Numbered from the stretch's first letter, positions 46,813-58,511 are shown. The stretch: 64,000 nucleotides of DNA from Obrimoposthia wandeli (GCA_977020255.1 CDROCS010005437.1:1-64000); one strand, 5' to 3'. A program made the numbers and translations. The notes: generated by a model from the sequence alone, not told the origin.

Positions 46813-48276
46813 TTAGTAATAAATTTTATTTTTTATAATTTTTTGAGATACTACCTTATCTAAATCTTCGTTTAATTCTTCATTTAATTCTTCATTTATT
46901 TTTTTATAACTCATTTCATCATCATCTTCATCTGCATCGCCTTCATCGCCCGACTTAATTTCTCTTTTTACCTTTAAAGCATTTCTAAATTTAATTTCGC
47001 TAGACCAAATTGTTTGTCTTACAAACATACTATTAAATTGAGGATTTAAAACTTCAAAACAAAGACAATCTAAAATATTTCCTGATGCAAATTTTCCACC
47101 TAAAACCAATTTTCCAAATTTAAAATTTTTATCAACTTTAAAGCTATGCCATTTAGATAACTCTGTCTTAAATGATATTACATCACCTTTTTTAAAAAAT
47201 TGTATAAAGTTTAAATATTTCTTAAAACGCCTTTCTTTAAATAATTCTTTATATAATTCTTTATATAAATATAAATATGAGTCACATTCCTTATGATATC
47301 CTATTATTTTTGTTTGCTGTATATTTTCAGTAATTCCTTCAATACCCGAAATAAATACTCCATCGACTTCACCTTCATCTCTTTCAAATTCATCTCTTTC
47401 ACATAATATATAAAAATGAAAATCTCCATTAAATTCATAATTTGAAACAAATCGCGAATCATAGTCTAAATAAAAACATTTATTATTTCTAGTATCTTTT
47501 TTTATAACTGGAGATCCTATAACTTGCATTCCTTTTCCACTCAATTCTTGAAAAAATGATTCTGAATTTGTACCTCCAAATGGAAGCCTAGAAGATATCC
47601 AAAATTTTAAACTAATCAATTTTTCATTTTCTGCCTTCTTGAAAGAATTATGATAACTTAAAGTAAGTTCACTTATAGAATTAAAATACTCATTTTGGAA
47701 TGATCTTACAATAGATAAATATACTTTTTTATTTCTATCATTTTCTCTTTCTAATTCTGAAATCTTTTTATTTAAAATGGTAATTTTATCCTTATCAAGT
47801 TTTTCAATTTCTGTAGTTATAAATTTTTTAATATCTAAAATTTGTTCATTTGTATATTTTTTTTGTTCTGATAAATCTTTATCTGTATTATTTTTAATAG
47901 CTACATTTTTATCAATTATAAAATTTTCTATATATTTTTTATTAGCTGAATGTTGATCCTCTATATTAGTTTTAATTTCATTAATGTGTTTAGTTGTATA
48001 ATTTTCCATGTAAATTTTATTAACAGCATCTTTATCATTTTTAGGATCTTGTTCAATTTCTAATTTTTCAATTTTATCACCACTTTCATTTACATATTTA
48101 TTATCTAAATTTTTAATTTCGTCATTAAATCTTTTAATCTCCTCATTAACATTATTCACTTGCCTCTCTAAATGTCTAACTAATTTAATTTCTGTTTGAT
48201 TTAAAATATCTTCTAAATCTACATTTCCAGAATCTAAAGTTCCTCCTGCAAAATTCATAGGATAATAAGAACTCAT
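46813..48276 (-). CDS. fiber/spike-like structural protein candidate
   Basis: Intact 487-aa ORF next to the penton gene; N-terminal coiled coil, YVNESGD...DPKNDKDAVNKIYMEN fiber-type repeat, globular C-terminus. Confidence 0.45.
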   Translation of the reverse strand: MSSYYPMNFAGGTLDSGNVDLEDILNQTEIKLVRHLERQVNNVNEEIKRFNDEIKNLDNKYVNESGDKIEKLEIEQDPKNDKDAVNKIYMENYTTKHINEIKTNIEDQHSANKKYIENFIIDKNVAIKNNTDKDLSEQKKYTNEQILDIKKFITTEIEKLDKDKITILNKKISELERENDRNKKVYLSIVRSFQNEYFNSISELTLSYHNSFKKAENEKLISLKFWISSRLPFGGTNSESFFQELSGKGMQVIGSPVIKKDTRNNKCFYLDYDSRFVSNYEFNGDFHFYILCERDEFERDEGEVDGVFISGIEGITENIQQTKIIGYHKECDSYLYLYKELYKELFKERRFKKYLNFIQFFKKGDVISFKTELSKWHSFKVDKNFKFGKLVLGGKFASGNILDCLCFEVLNPQFNSMFVRQTIWSSEIKFRNALKVKREIKSGDEGDADEDDDEMSYKKINEELNEELNEDLDKVVSQKIIKNKIYY

Positions 48277-48285
48277 ATATAATTC

Positions 48286-49137
48286 TCAAACTTGTTTCAA
48301 ATGCAAATAAATACTGATTTTTTCACCATTAAAATGAATTAAATTATCATTTTCATCAACGATTTTAATTCTAATTTTATCAATCATCTTTCTTGATACT
48401 GGTAAATATATTGGAGTAGGTTGTCTTTCAATTAATTTATATCCAAAAGGAACAGTGTTTGTTGGAAAAGAATATAAAATATTTGAAGACAAACCATTTT
48501 GATAACTTCCTTCAATAATGTCACAAATAATATTTATAGTAGAAATATTTGAAATTTGAATTATTTCTTGAGAGATATGAGTTCCTGTTTTGTACGAAAC
48601 TTTGTTGCTAAGACCTTCGGTCTGTCTTCCTGTACCATATTTAAATCCAAGAATTGTATGAAAAAAACATTCTTTTGTAAATATAATTTCACATTTGTTT
48701 AATGTTAAAATACATTTTGAATTTATTGTATTTGGCTTAATTTCTATTACAGGTAAAGTTTTTATAATTTTATTTACTGTAGAAGGCACAGAAGGCACAG
48801 AAGGTGAGGACTGAACACCACCCATTTTTTCTTGAAGTTTAGTATTCAATGTTTTAATTTCATATGAACCCGGCTCTATTTTAATTATTTCAGATTTGGT
48901 TTCTGTAGATCCTGGTAAATTTTTATTCATTATAAATGTATTATTTTTATCATTAATATTAAAAATTGTATTATAACATGAAAACCACAGCATACCAAGT
49001 TCATAATTTAAATCTGAATTTAAGACAATTGGATGAGGAAAATTAATACTAAATTCACTATCATTTGATTGAGCTGTAATAGTTGTAGATTGTTTATTCG
49101 AAAAAATATTTTCTAGTTTTCTTAAACTGTTTTCCAT
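48286..49137 (-). CDS. minor capsid protein (penton-like)
   Basis: Intact 283 aa; YELGMLWF, IEPGSYEI, TINIICDIIEGSY...ILYSF...FGYK...IYLPV...IRIKIVDEN. Confidence 0.85.
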   Translation of the reverse strand: MENSLRKLENIFSNKQSTTITAQSNDSEFSINFPHPIVLNSDLNYELGMLWFSCYNTIFNINDKNNTFIMNKNLPGSTETKSEIIKIEPGSYEIKTLNTKLQEKMGGVQSSPSVPSVPSTVNKIIKTLPVIEIKPNTINSKCILTLNKCEIIFTKECFFHTILGFKYGTGRQTEGLSNKVSYKTGTHISQEIIQISNISTINIICDIIEGSYQNGLSSNILYSFPTNTVPFGYKLIERQPTPIYLPVSRKMIDKIRIKIVDENDNLIHFNGEKISIYLHLKQV

Positions 49138-49191
49138 AACTTTCGTTTTTTAAAAAATCTTGGATTTTTAAAATTTTTAAATGTAAAATTT

Positions 49192-49668
49192 TCATAAAAG
49201 CAAAGGACTTAGGTCCTTATAAATTTCTTGAATTATATTTTCTATACTAGAATTTTCCACATTCGAGAGTCTATATATAACATACAAGCATAAAATGCCA
49301 CAAATTTTAGTTCCATTAGGTTGTACTTGTAAAGTATTAAAAACATAATCAGGTGATAAAAATGCTTCTACTTCTTTTGTGGGTCCAATTCCATAAGAAT
49401 CAAAATAAATATTTCTATCTATCATACATACCCAATGACTTCCTTTTTTATCTGAATTTTGAATATTTATAATGACATTGTGTTTTTTAGTATTTTGAAT
49501 CTTTTCAAGTTCATCATCCATCAGTATTTTAATATTTAAGCTCTTATAGCCAAGAAGCTTTGCTTCGTCAAGATAATTTGCATAATCTTTTAAATCAAAA
49601 TTTGTTTTAGTATTTATACCAAATGTTTTTAAAAAGTCAAGAACTGTGTATATCAAAATTGAACTCAT
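49192..49668 (-). CDS. adenain-like cysteine maturation protease
   Basis: GSHWV (His), YFDSYG (Asp), LQVQ (Gln), ICGILC (Cys) in correct order; intact ORF. Confidence 0.9.
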   Translation of the reverse strand: MSSILIYTVLDFLKTFGINTKTNFDLKDYANYLDEAKLLGYKSLNIKILMDDELEKIQNTKKHNVIINIQNSDKKGSHWVCMIDRNIYFDSYGIGPTKEVEAFLSPDYVFNTLQVQPNGTKICGILCLYVIYRLSNVENSSIENIIQEIYKDLSPLLL

Positions 49669-50470
49669 TTTTTAATATACTTTTTAAATTTTTCATTTGA
49701 AATTATTTTTCCGTTAAGCAATTTTAGAGAAAGATTTTTAATATCTTTATCAACATTATTATGTCCTGCTTTTTTAGCTGACAATAATTTTCTTAGTTCA
49801 ATGAAAGTATTTATTGGATTTGAAGATTTATGTATTAGAGCCTTTGGTTCTAAATAACCATCTCCCTCATCTCCTACTTCTTCAACTATAGCACCTTGTT
49901 GATTTTCATATGATCTGTTTAAAGTAGTCTGTAATTGTTTAGTATATTTTCCAACATGACTTTTTGATATTTCTAAAATTTTAAAATATTTATTAATTTC
50001 ATCTTTATTTGTAGAACCATGTCCTTTTAACAGATCATCCAAATCATTCGTATATTCATATTTATCAGTTGTATCTCTGGCTCCAATATAATTTTTATTA
50101 TCAACTGTAAAAAGTATGAAATGCTTTATAGTTCTTTAGTATAAAATTTTGGTACTGCTGAACTAGGCAGTGTTCTAGCTTTAATATCTGTATCTGTTAA
50201 TATGAAAGGTTCACTTTTTGAAGAATCAAAACCTTCTATTGCTGGTTGTTTTGGGCGTTTCACACCATCTTCTATTTCAAGTTGTTTCTTATTTTCAATA
50301 GCAATTTTAGAAGGTAATTGATCTACAGCTTTTACAACAGGAGATTGTAATTTTAAAATTTGTTCATTTACAATAATAGTTCCCATCTTTACCGCAATTT
50401 CATTCTCTTTATATTTATCTTCTAATTGAACTATTTTTTTCAATGCTGCTAATCGATCCTCAAAAACCAT
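49665..50470 (-). pseudogene. conserved-type Polinton protein split into two ORFs
   Basis: ORFs 50126-50470 and 49665-50042; C-terminal LRKLLSAKKAGHNN...KLLNGKII motif of a kind seen in Polinton core-region genes. Confidence 0.45.
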
Positions 50471-50485
50471 TTTTTAAGATAAAAA

Positions 50486-51312
50486 TTAATTATCTTTATA
50501 AGGCTTTAAATATATCCCCAATCCATGTTTACCTTCTTTTACTTTACATATACATCCTTTCTTTAAACTTTTACATGTTTGTTTCATTTGTGATTTTTTT
50601 TCAGTTGATAAATTTTCATCTTGATCTATAAGATTTTTCATAAAATCATTCACTCCTCTACCTTGATGGGGGTTAAGATATAGGCCCTTACCTACTGACT
50701 TTACTAATGGTACAGTTTTTACACCTTTTTCTTTTAACTGTCTCAACTCTTCAGTTAATATTTCAGCTTTTAATTTTTAATTTTTAATTACTTCATTATC
50801 TCGTCCAATAGCTCTAGCACCTTGAACAGCACTAAATATTCCTGTAGCTATTGGAGCCAAACTTCCTACTGCATTTCCAACTTCTCCAATTTTACTTAAG
50901 AAAGGTGATAATGAATCAAATGAAATAAATCCTCCATTTTTTGAAGCTTTTTCTTTCAACTGTCTGAATTCTTCTTGTAGCTTTTTAGTTTCAAGTGTAG
51001 TTTTGGCAGCTTCTAAATTTATCTTTTTTTCTCTGCATCATTTTTTGCACCTTCTTTTGCCTTTTGAACAGCTGTTGCAACTCCACCTGCTACACCACCT
51101 GCTGCTCCAAGTGCTGCAGCTATTACAAGCATTAAAGCTAAAAGAGGAAAAAATCTACCTTCTTTCGTTTCAAGTTGTTGAGCTTCATGTTCTTTTACAT
51201 GTTTCTTAATATTTTTTCCAATCCAATACTTTTTATCATTAATTGTAACAGATTTTGTTTTATTAGAGTCCACAAGATCTCTTAATTTTTCCTCAGTTAC
51301 ATTTGTGGCCAT
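50486..51312 (-). pseudogene. cluster of small basic core-like ORFs with GG-F/GxG motifs
   Basis: EGRFFPLLALMLVIAAALGAAGGVAGGVATAV; KNGGFISF; GKGLYLNP and GLGIYLKPY. Probably one or two genes broken by frameshifts. Confidence 0.55.
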
Positions 51313-51351
51313 TATATTTTTTATTATTTTTAAATTTTAAAAATATAAAAA

Positions 51352-52139
51352 ATGGCAGTTTTACCAATATGGAATCAGGACAAAAGTATTTTTAAAAATG
51401 AAATATTTCCATCGAATTTTAGACTTCTAATTATAGGATCTTCTGGTTGTGGTAAAAATGTATTGCTTTTAAAAATGTTACTTACACCAGATTTTATAGA
51501 TTATGATAATCTTATTTTCTATTCAACAACCTTAAATCAAAAAGAACTACAAATTGTAAAAGAAGGTTTTGAAAATGGTTTAACTAAAAAGGCCATACTT
51601 AATATATTTGAAAATCAAGATAAATTTCCAAGTGAGGTAACGGCAGCAAGTGATATTGTAGAATATTATAAGAAAAACATTATAAAATCTAAAATGGAAA
51701 ATAAAGATAAATGTGAATATGTGTCAGAAGATTCTAGAATCAATATGATATTTTCCAACAAACCCGAGGATATTTTACATTGTGATAAACTTCCTAAAAG
51801 TAAAAAAATCTTATTATTTTTGATGATGTTGTAAATCTTAAAAATCAAGAAATTCAAAAATCTTATTTTACACGAGGAAGACATAATAATTGTAATGTTA
51901 TTTATATTTCTCAAAATTATTATGGCTTAGATAAAAATTCTATAAGAAATAATTCTAACTGTTTTATATTTTTTAAGCTTAATAAGAGAGATAGGGACAT
52001 GGTTTACAATGATCTTTTTTCAAATGTTGAGCCGGATAAATTTATGTTTGATCAATTTTCTATAAATCATTGGAAAGATAAGTATACTTATATTTATTTA
52101 GATAGAGAAAAGGAAGAAATGATAGAAGAATTGTTTTAA
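51352..52139 (+). pseudogene. A32/FtsK-like packaging ATPase (family B), frameshifted at Walker B
   Basis: LLIIGSSGCGKN, then ILLF/FDDVV across a frameshift, TRGRHNNCNVIYISQNY, IRNNSN. Confidence 0.9.
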
Positions 52140-52292
52140 GTGTAAAATTAGCGCAAAGCACCCGATTATTTTTTTAATTGTTTAAAATAATCTATTTTTG
52201 GAGCTTTATAAATGATTACGTATTATTGGGATGGGCTGATCGTTTATTTCATATTTATAATTTTTTTATTTTTTTAAATTAAAAATTAAAAA

Positions 52293-52871
52293 ATGGGTGA
52301 TTTGAATTATTTTAAAGATTTAAAAGTTCTTGAGGATTTTGATGTTAGTCTAATACACAAGCATAGAAAACTAACATTGATGAAAGATTTCAATTTAGCT
52401 CTAATAGAAAATCCAAATTTAAGTAAAGCTCAAATAGCTAAGAAAATTGGTACCTCTAATAATATAATTGATAGAACTAGGCAAGATTTAAAAATTTAAA
52501 GTTTTTATGGTTATGATGTCTCTCTTAAAAAGTCGAAAAAAGTTCATAAAGTAGTCGATCAAATAACATGTGAATTTTGTAGTAAAATTTGTGTGAATGA
52601 TTTGGGCCATAAAACTCATTTAAGAAGTTGTAAAACATTTAAAAATAAAACTGCAAATGAAAAGCAACAATATATGAGTAAACAGGCCAATGTTGGAAAT
52701 GTGAAAAATGCAGTAAATACAATAAATAATTATAGAGGTGGGCAGAATAAAAGTTTAAGAAAATCTATGATTTTAAAAAATGTTGAGGATGCTGCTGATA
52801 GAATTGATAGTGATGATAGTGCTAATAGTGATGGTTCTAGCAATGAGACTATTAAAAATGCTTTTTCTTAA
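52293..52871 (+). pseudogene. HTH plus zinc-finger-like DNA-binding protein
   Basis: NPNLSKAQIAKKIGTSNNIIDR (HTH-like), in-frame stop, then CEFCSKICVNDLGHKTHLRSC. Confidence 0.55.
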
Positions 52872-52886
52872 ATTTAATTTTTAAAA

Positions 52887-53255
52887 ATGAATGAAATTAG
52901 TAAAGCGCCAGCTGAATATGATGCTTTAAGTACGGCGGAACAAGAAGAATGCGGGAAAAAAAATTTAATTCAAAATGAAATCTTATCTACAGCTGTTCTA
53001 AAGATGCGTGATGAGATTAGAAAATTAGATAAGGAATTAGAATTGAAAAATAATAGAATTAATGATCTGTTAGATGAATTGGCTAAGAGTAATGAGAGTA
53101 ATGAGAGTAATGAGAGTAATGAGAGTAATGAGAGTAATGAGAGTAATGAGAGTAATGAGAGTAATGAGAGTAATGAGAGTAATGAGAGTAATGAGAGTAA
53201 TGAGAGTAATGAGAGTAATGAGAGTAATGAGAGTAATGAGGTGTGGGTAATGTAA
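52887..53255 (+). CDS. coiled-coil protein with (NES)16 repeat
   Basis: 122-aa ORF; AATGAGAGT perfectly repeated at 53091-53240. Confidence 0.55.
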   Translation: MNEISKAPAEYDALSTAEQEECGKKNLIQNEILSTAVLKMRDEIRKLDKELELKNNRINDLLDELAKSNESNESNESNESNESNESNESNESNESNESNESNESNESNESNESNESNEVWVM

Positions 53256-53537
53256 TGAGGTAATGAGGTAATGAGGTAATGAGGTAATGAGGAGTAAAGG
53301 TGAGGGTAATGTAGTGGAGGTAATGAGGTAATGAGGGTAATGGAGTAGGGGAGTAATGGGAGTAATGGGAGTAATGAGAGTAATGAGAGTAATGAGAGTA
53401 ATGAGAGTAATGGGAGTAATGAGAGTAATGAGAGTAATGAGAGTAATGAGAGTGGTGGGGAGTAATGTAAGGGAGTAAATGAGGAGTGTAATGAGGTAAT
53501 GAGGTAATGTAATGAGAGTAATGAGAGTAATGAGAGT
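53091..53537. repeat. 9-bp AATGAGAGT microsatellite, perfect then degenerate
   Basis: About 16.7 perfect units followed by GTAATGAG/GGGAGTAAT variants. Confidence 0.95.
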
Positions 53538-53571
53538 TAATATTGTTTCTTCTTAAATTTAAATTTTAAAA

Positions 53572-53940
53572 ATGCCTGGAGATTTTATTGAATTGGTTAA
53601 AAAAGAAGTAAATGAATCATTGGTTGAATATGATGCTTCAAATCAAGCAACAAAAGGAGTGGTTGGTAGAAAGTTTTTAGTTCAAAATAAAGTTTTATCT
53701 AAAGCTATTCTAATTATGGGTGATACAATTGGAGAAATGGATGAGGAAATGGAATAGAAAGATAACAAAATTAGTTATTTGGAAAATGAAATTGGCGTAT
53801 CAGATGAGGAAGTTGTTAATAAAATGATGAAATTAAAGCGATACAATTTAAGTGATGTTAATAGAAATGAAAGAACTTTCAATCGACTTTGTAAAAATAT
53901 AATTAAACATGACCAAATTGAAAATTAAGAAATGAATGAT
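53572..53940 (+). pseudogene. tandem paralog of the 52887 ORF
   Basis: EYDAS...GRKFLVQNKVLSKAILIM vs EYDAL...GKKNLIQNEILSTAVLKM; same TTAAATTTAA(A/T)TTTTAAAAATG upstream context; premature stop. Confidence 0.6.
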
Positions 53941-55252
53941 TTATGAATATATTTTATAAGAATGCGTAAAATGATAATTAATAAAGTTTTTTTTTTGCAC
54001 AATTGAGTTCGCATTCTCTTGATTATTCTTTCATTTATTTCTCTAACTAAATTAGGATTTTCACTTGCTTCTTTTGGAGTAACTTTAATTGAACTATGTT
54101 TTGTATTATTGTAATCAGTAACAATTTTTTGCAATAAATCATTATTCCATTTTGAGTTTCCTACTGCAGTAAAATATTTCCACATTTTATCTTTTAAAGT
54201 TTTTATAAATCTTTCAGCAAAAATTGCTTTTCCTTCATTTTCTGTATGGTACAATTTTATATCATTTTCTTGTAAAAATTCATTGAAATATTTGGAACGA
54301 ATTCCAGACTCTTTATCAAACCAAATATAATTAGGAACTCGAGTAGATTCCTCAAATATATTTTCAAATGCTTCTCTTAAACTTTCTTGTTTTTTATCTG
54401 TCATGGGAATAGCCCAACCATATCTAGTGTATAAGTCTATAACGACTAAGATATATCGTTGTCCCTCAGCGGACTTATTAGGCTTATTGCAATGTCTGAA
54501 GACCATGTATGATCTTTGTCATAAACTTGAACTTTTAGATATTTTTTAGGTTTTTGATATTGATGATGTAATTCATTTGATAGTTGAATTTGTTCACTTG
54601 TTGGTTCTTTTATTTTTACAGTTTCAGAAATTTCTTTTGCTTCGGGATTTTCATATAAATTTTTAATTGCTTCAGTTTTAGCAGTTCTTGGAAGGCTACT
54701 GGCTCCAATCACACCTGCTCCTAAGGCTATCTTTCCTTTCATAATTAATTTTATTAATGCTCTTTCTACTTTTTCTCTAGTTGTTGGATTATTAATTTCA
54801 TTTAGGTCATGCATTAAATTTACATCTGCTACTTGTCTATCTCTTATATTTTCATTTCTATAAGCAATGTCATGTTTTAAAGCAGATGCATCAACTCTAT
54901 TTATGGGCTCTTCTCCTGGTTTAGGTTTGTCATTTTCATCAAGTCTAATATCAAGTCTTGTTCCTGGACCTGTATAACTATGACTTGGTAAATGTTTTTC
55001 ACCCTCATATTTTTCCCAGGGGAATTTAGGAAGAAATTTAGCAGTTAAATGTTGAAGATCGCCACCAGAAAATTCATGAGTAGTAGATTTTTTAAAATTC
55101 TTGGCTAGTAGATTTTTCTTAGTTTTTAAGTGATTAAAGTTAAATAAATGTTTTTTACTATTATTGTGCTCAGATCTATGATGTGCAACTGTGTCACAGT
55201 GACAAATGTCACATCGCCAATATCTACTGTTGTTTTTAAAAATATAGGACAT
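53925..55252 (-). pseudogene. int: zinc finger - parvovirus-type PLA2 - RVE integrase ORF (one frameshift)
   Basis: CDICH...H...H; YTGPGT...DASALKHDIAY (PLA2); open frame into LSNELH...WSSDI; frameshift at about 54490, then RYILVVIDLYTRYGWA, WFDKES, AERFIKTLK. Confidence 0.88.
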
Positions 55253-55309
55253 TGTAAATTTATAATTTTACTTGCTTTTTTATAAATAAAAATATTGATT
55301 TTATTTTTA

Positions 55310-56610
55310 TGCAGTATCTCCTCTAACGTTCTCAAGTAGACTAATTTTACCTCCATTCAATTTCATTTCAATTTTCTTTTCTTCTAGAACTAAACAATAT
55401 ACTTAGCTTAAAGCTTTTCCGAATCTTTTGTAACATGTAAAGTTACATCAACATTATTAATAGCCAAACGATCATCATTATCTGAGACATCTATGCAAAA
55501 TATTGAATACAAATTTCTAAAATCTATCAAACTTAGTTGTGGTTGAGTTTTAAAAGCCTTACAAGTATTTACATATTCTTGATAAGGAAATAGATTTTCA
55601 TTTTCTTTAATATTAAATTCCATTCTATTGATAGGATAGTAAACATTATTCAATTGAACTTGGATTGATTTAATACAGTTTGTTGTAACAGCGCCAGTAG
55701 TAGTAGTATTTGCAGTCGACTGTATAAAAAGTGAATTGTTTTTCACTTCAGAAATTTATGTGTCTTTAAATCCAACTAGAACAAATCTAGGCTTATAAGC
55801 CAAATTTGCTAGCTTTACTGAAAATGTTGAGCCTGTTCCCATGCTAAGCATTGTACAAATTCTATTTAAATAATCAACATGTATAGGTTTATTTGTGTTT
55901 AGTCTTTCAAGAAGTTTTATTTCAGCTCTAGGATTTAGAGTCCATTCAGGAATATGGAGTTCAATTGTAGAAAGTTTGAGTTTAGCATCGGTTGCGGCTG
56001 CTCCAAAATAAATTAGTTTATCGTCAACAGATCTATTACAAATAAATTCTATAAAAACATTATGAATTATTCTATTATAATTTTGAAGAAAACCAAAAAG
56101 ATGTTTAAGCTCAAAAACTCCCTCAAATTTATTTTTATTATAGAGATCTTTTCTAAGCGCATAACTTTTATTTGTGTTAGTTGTATCACCTTTCTTTGTA
56201 TCTGTCATTTCTCCATATTCATTTTTATAATCATTATCTGTAAGAATGAAGTTTAGCATGGAGGAATAAATTCCTGGATTGAGTACATTTTCTACTTCTG
56301 TTGATCCAATTTTAAGTCTCATATTTGAAAAAAGACTAGGAAAGAAATTATTTTCAAGAGTAATATTATCAGTATCTTCAATGCCCTCTAACTCAATTTT
56401 ATAATAAAGTTCAGCATTACAAATATCTAGAGGATTTGAAGTTTGAAGAGATTGAAATACAATATCGCCGGATTTATTAAGATTTGAAATTGATCCAGAT
56501 GTTGGACAAATTTTGAGAGTATCATTTTTCTTTATATCATGAGAAAAATGTTTATTGTGATAAAGATTTATCTTAGATTTATCTGTAATGTCTATATTCG
56601 CACTTTCCAT
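55310..56610 (-). pseudogene. double jelly-roll major capsid protein (hexon-like), frameshifted
   Basis: NLNKSGDIVF, LENNFFPSLFSNMRLKIGSTEVENVLNPG, GFLQNY; continues in 55408-55746 (YPINR...YSIFCIDVS). Confidence 0.88.
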
Positions 56611-57133
56611 TTTTAAAAAATAAAAATAAGAATTTTTAATATTTTCATTATATAAAATATCAGTTAATATTCTATTGCAACTTATAGTATTTTGTGTAGC
56701 TAAATAATTGGTATTGGCTTGTGGATCACCTAAAGAGGCAGATGTAATTGCTGTTTTTTTTAATATCTACATTTTTTTAAAAAGTGATTTTGTAAATGAA
56801 AAATTGTAAAATCTGCGGCAACTATAGCTTTACTTTTGTTACTAGTCTCTAGAATAGATTTTGTAAATGAAAAAATGGTAAAGCGCCGCTTTACTTTTGA
56901 TACTAAAAATTGACTAATTCAAAATATTAAGTCAAAATATATATTATTAAAAGTTTAATTCATTACAAGCTTCAGATATAAGTTTGAAGTTTCTTTGTAC
57001 AAAATGCAAAGATAAAGAAGTTGTTAAAAGGCGTGGATGATTAACACATAAATCATGCAATTTTATCAAAAGACCAATATATTGTTTTGTATAAATAAAA
57101 CCATTTGCCTTTAAAATTTTTATATAATTTTTT

Positions 57134-58007
57134 TTATCTAAATTTTTTATATTGAAAAAAATATTTCCTAATATAGAATAAAAATAAAGACTTTTTATTT
57201 AAAGTTTTAATTAATATATTTAATCTTTTAATTGAATATAAACATGATTTAATGTTATCACATTTAAAATTACCTGTATCGTCTTGAAAATGTTCTTCTA
57301 TTACAGAATTTTGAATAGTTGCAATCATATCTTTCACAGTTTTCTGCTGTTTCTGTATTCTTTCAACTGGCTCAATTGTAGTAATAAAAACGCCATCATC
57401 GTCATTGTTTGCGTTTATGCCTTCCATTTCTTGTGATAATCTGGTGCTTGGCGACTGCAAAAAATCCTCGGTTTTCTCGAGTAAACATTGGAACTCCGCA
57501 CGTTCTTTATCGCAGATGGTTTCTGAGAGAACAAGTATTTCTTTCATTTTTCTAATAAATTCCATTGTGAAAGATAATTAAGTGTGATCGATATTAAATA
57601 ATTCGTAGTTGATATGTGAGTGTCAATATATGCAAATGAACTGATGTTTTATTAACATTGAATATTGAATGTCAACTATTAAAAATAAACTATCATTAAA
57701 AAGCACATCAGTATATTATTGATTTTTTCATTTGTGCTGGCATGAGTAAATAATTCTAGTATAAAATTTAAACAAGTTCTAATATTTTCTTCTGTGTTAT
57801 CAAATGGTTTAATTTTATATTTAAAAACACTTCCTTTTTGATTTTTATAATAATGAGAATTTAAATATTTTATTTCGTTTATATCATCAATTTGCGTTAC
57901 AGGATTATAGGTATCTTCAAATAAATTATTGGGAAAATGTATTCTGTAGATGGCAATACATTAATTATAGCTTTCCATTCTTCTAATAGATTATTGGGAT
58001 TCGCCAT
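57134..58007 (-). pseudogene. right-end gene sharing its first ~85 codons with pPolB via the TIR
   Basis: ATG at 58007 gives MANPNNLLEEWKAIINV; 1-nt deletion; homology ends at 57754; the 143-aa ORF 57134-57565 lies downstream. Confidence 0.45.
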
Positions 58008-58203
58008 TTTTAAAAAATTAATTTATCTTTTTTAGTAAAAAAAATAATTTTTATATATTTTTTAAATTTTGGAAAATTTACAAAATTTAAAAAATATGGA
58101 AAAATTGCCAAATTTTAAAATCGCGACTGTGAGGGGAACAAAAATCAAAACAAAAATCGCAGATATATATTCTCTTCTCAACTTCCCAATATAGTCGTGT
58201 GCA

Positions 58204-58250
58204 AAAATTGGCCTACCTCAGGCGCTTCGCGCCTGAGATAGGCCAATTTT
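58204..58250. other. 22-bp-stem hairpin with GCGAAGC triloop on the minus strand
   Basis: AAAATTGGCCTA-C-CTCAGGCGC-TTC-GCGCCTGAG-A-TAGGCCAATTTT, one mismatch. Confidence 0.9.
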
Positions 58251-58352
58251 AGTGAAAATATATTTTTTCAGTCCGACGCGTTGTTCGTACCTCTGTATAT
58301 AATAGTGTTAAGTATCGCTACATAATAAATAAATCAATTTTTTAATTTTACG

Positions 58353-58511
58353 ACACAGTGAGTACTCAGTTCGTAATTCCTTTTTTCAAATCGGATTTTC
58401 CTGTTCCTGGTGCGACAACGGGAGTGCCGGGCACGACCAGTGGGAGCGTCTAGGAAATCGGGAAAATCCGATTTTGAAAAAATGGAAGTACGAACTGAGT
58501 ACTCATTGTGT
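58353..58511. repeat. right terminal hairpin of family B
   Basis: Arms 58353-58401 and about 58461-58511 are complementary; the loop carries about 22 nt more than the left end. Confidence 0.93.

Larger units (their letters stand above)
42866..58511 (+). mobile_element. Polinton/adintovirus-like family B element, 15646 bp, nested in A2
   Basis: TSD CACGCT at 42860-42865 and 58512-58517 (single copy at the empty site in A1, about 27297-27302); termini ACACAATGAG...CTCATTGTGT; long TIRs 42866-43393 and 57754-58511; pPolB, integrase, ATPase, protease, major and minor capsid genes. Confidence 0.96.

Noticed and set aside
54700-55000. Endogenous parvovirus/densovirus
   Set aside because: PLA2 is present, but there is no NS1/Rep SF3 helicase or parvoviral capsid; the domain lies within a TSD-bounded Polinton.
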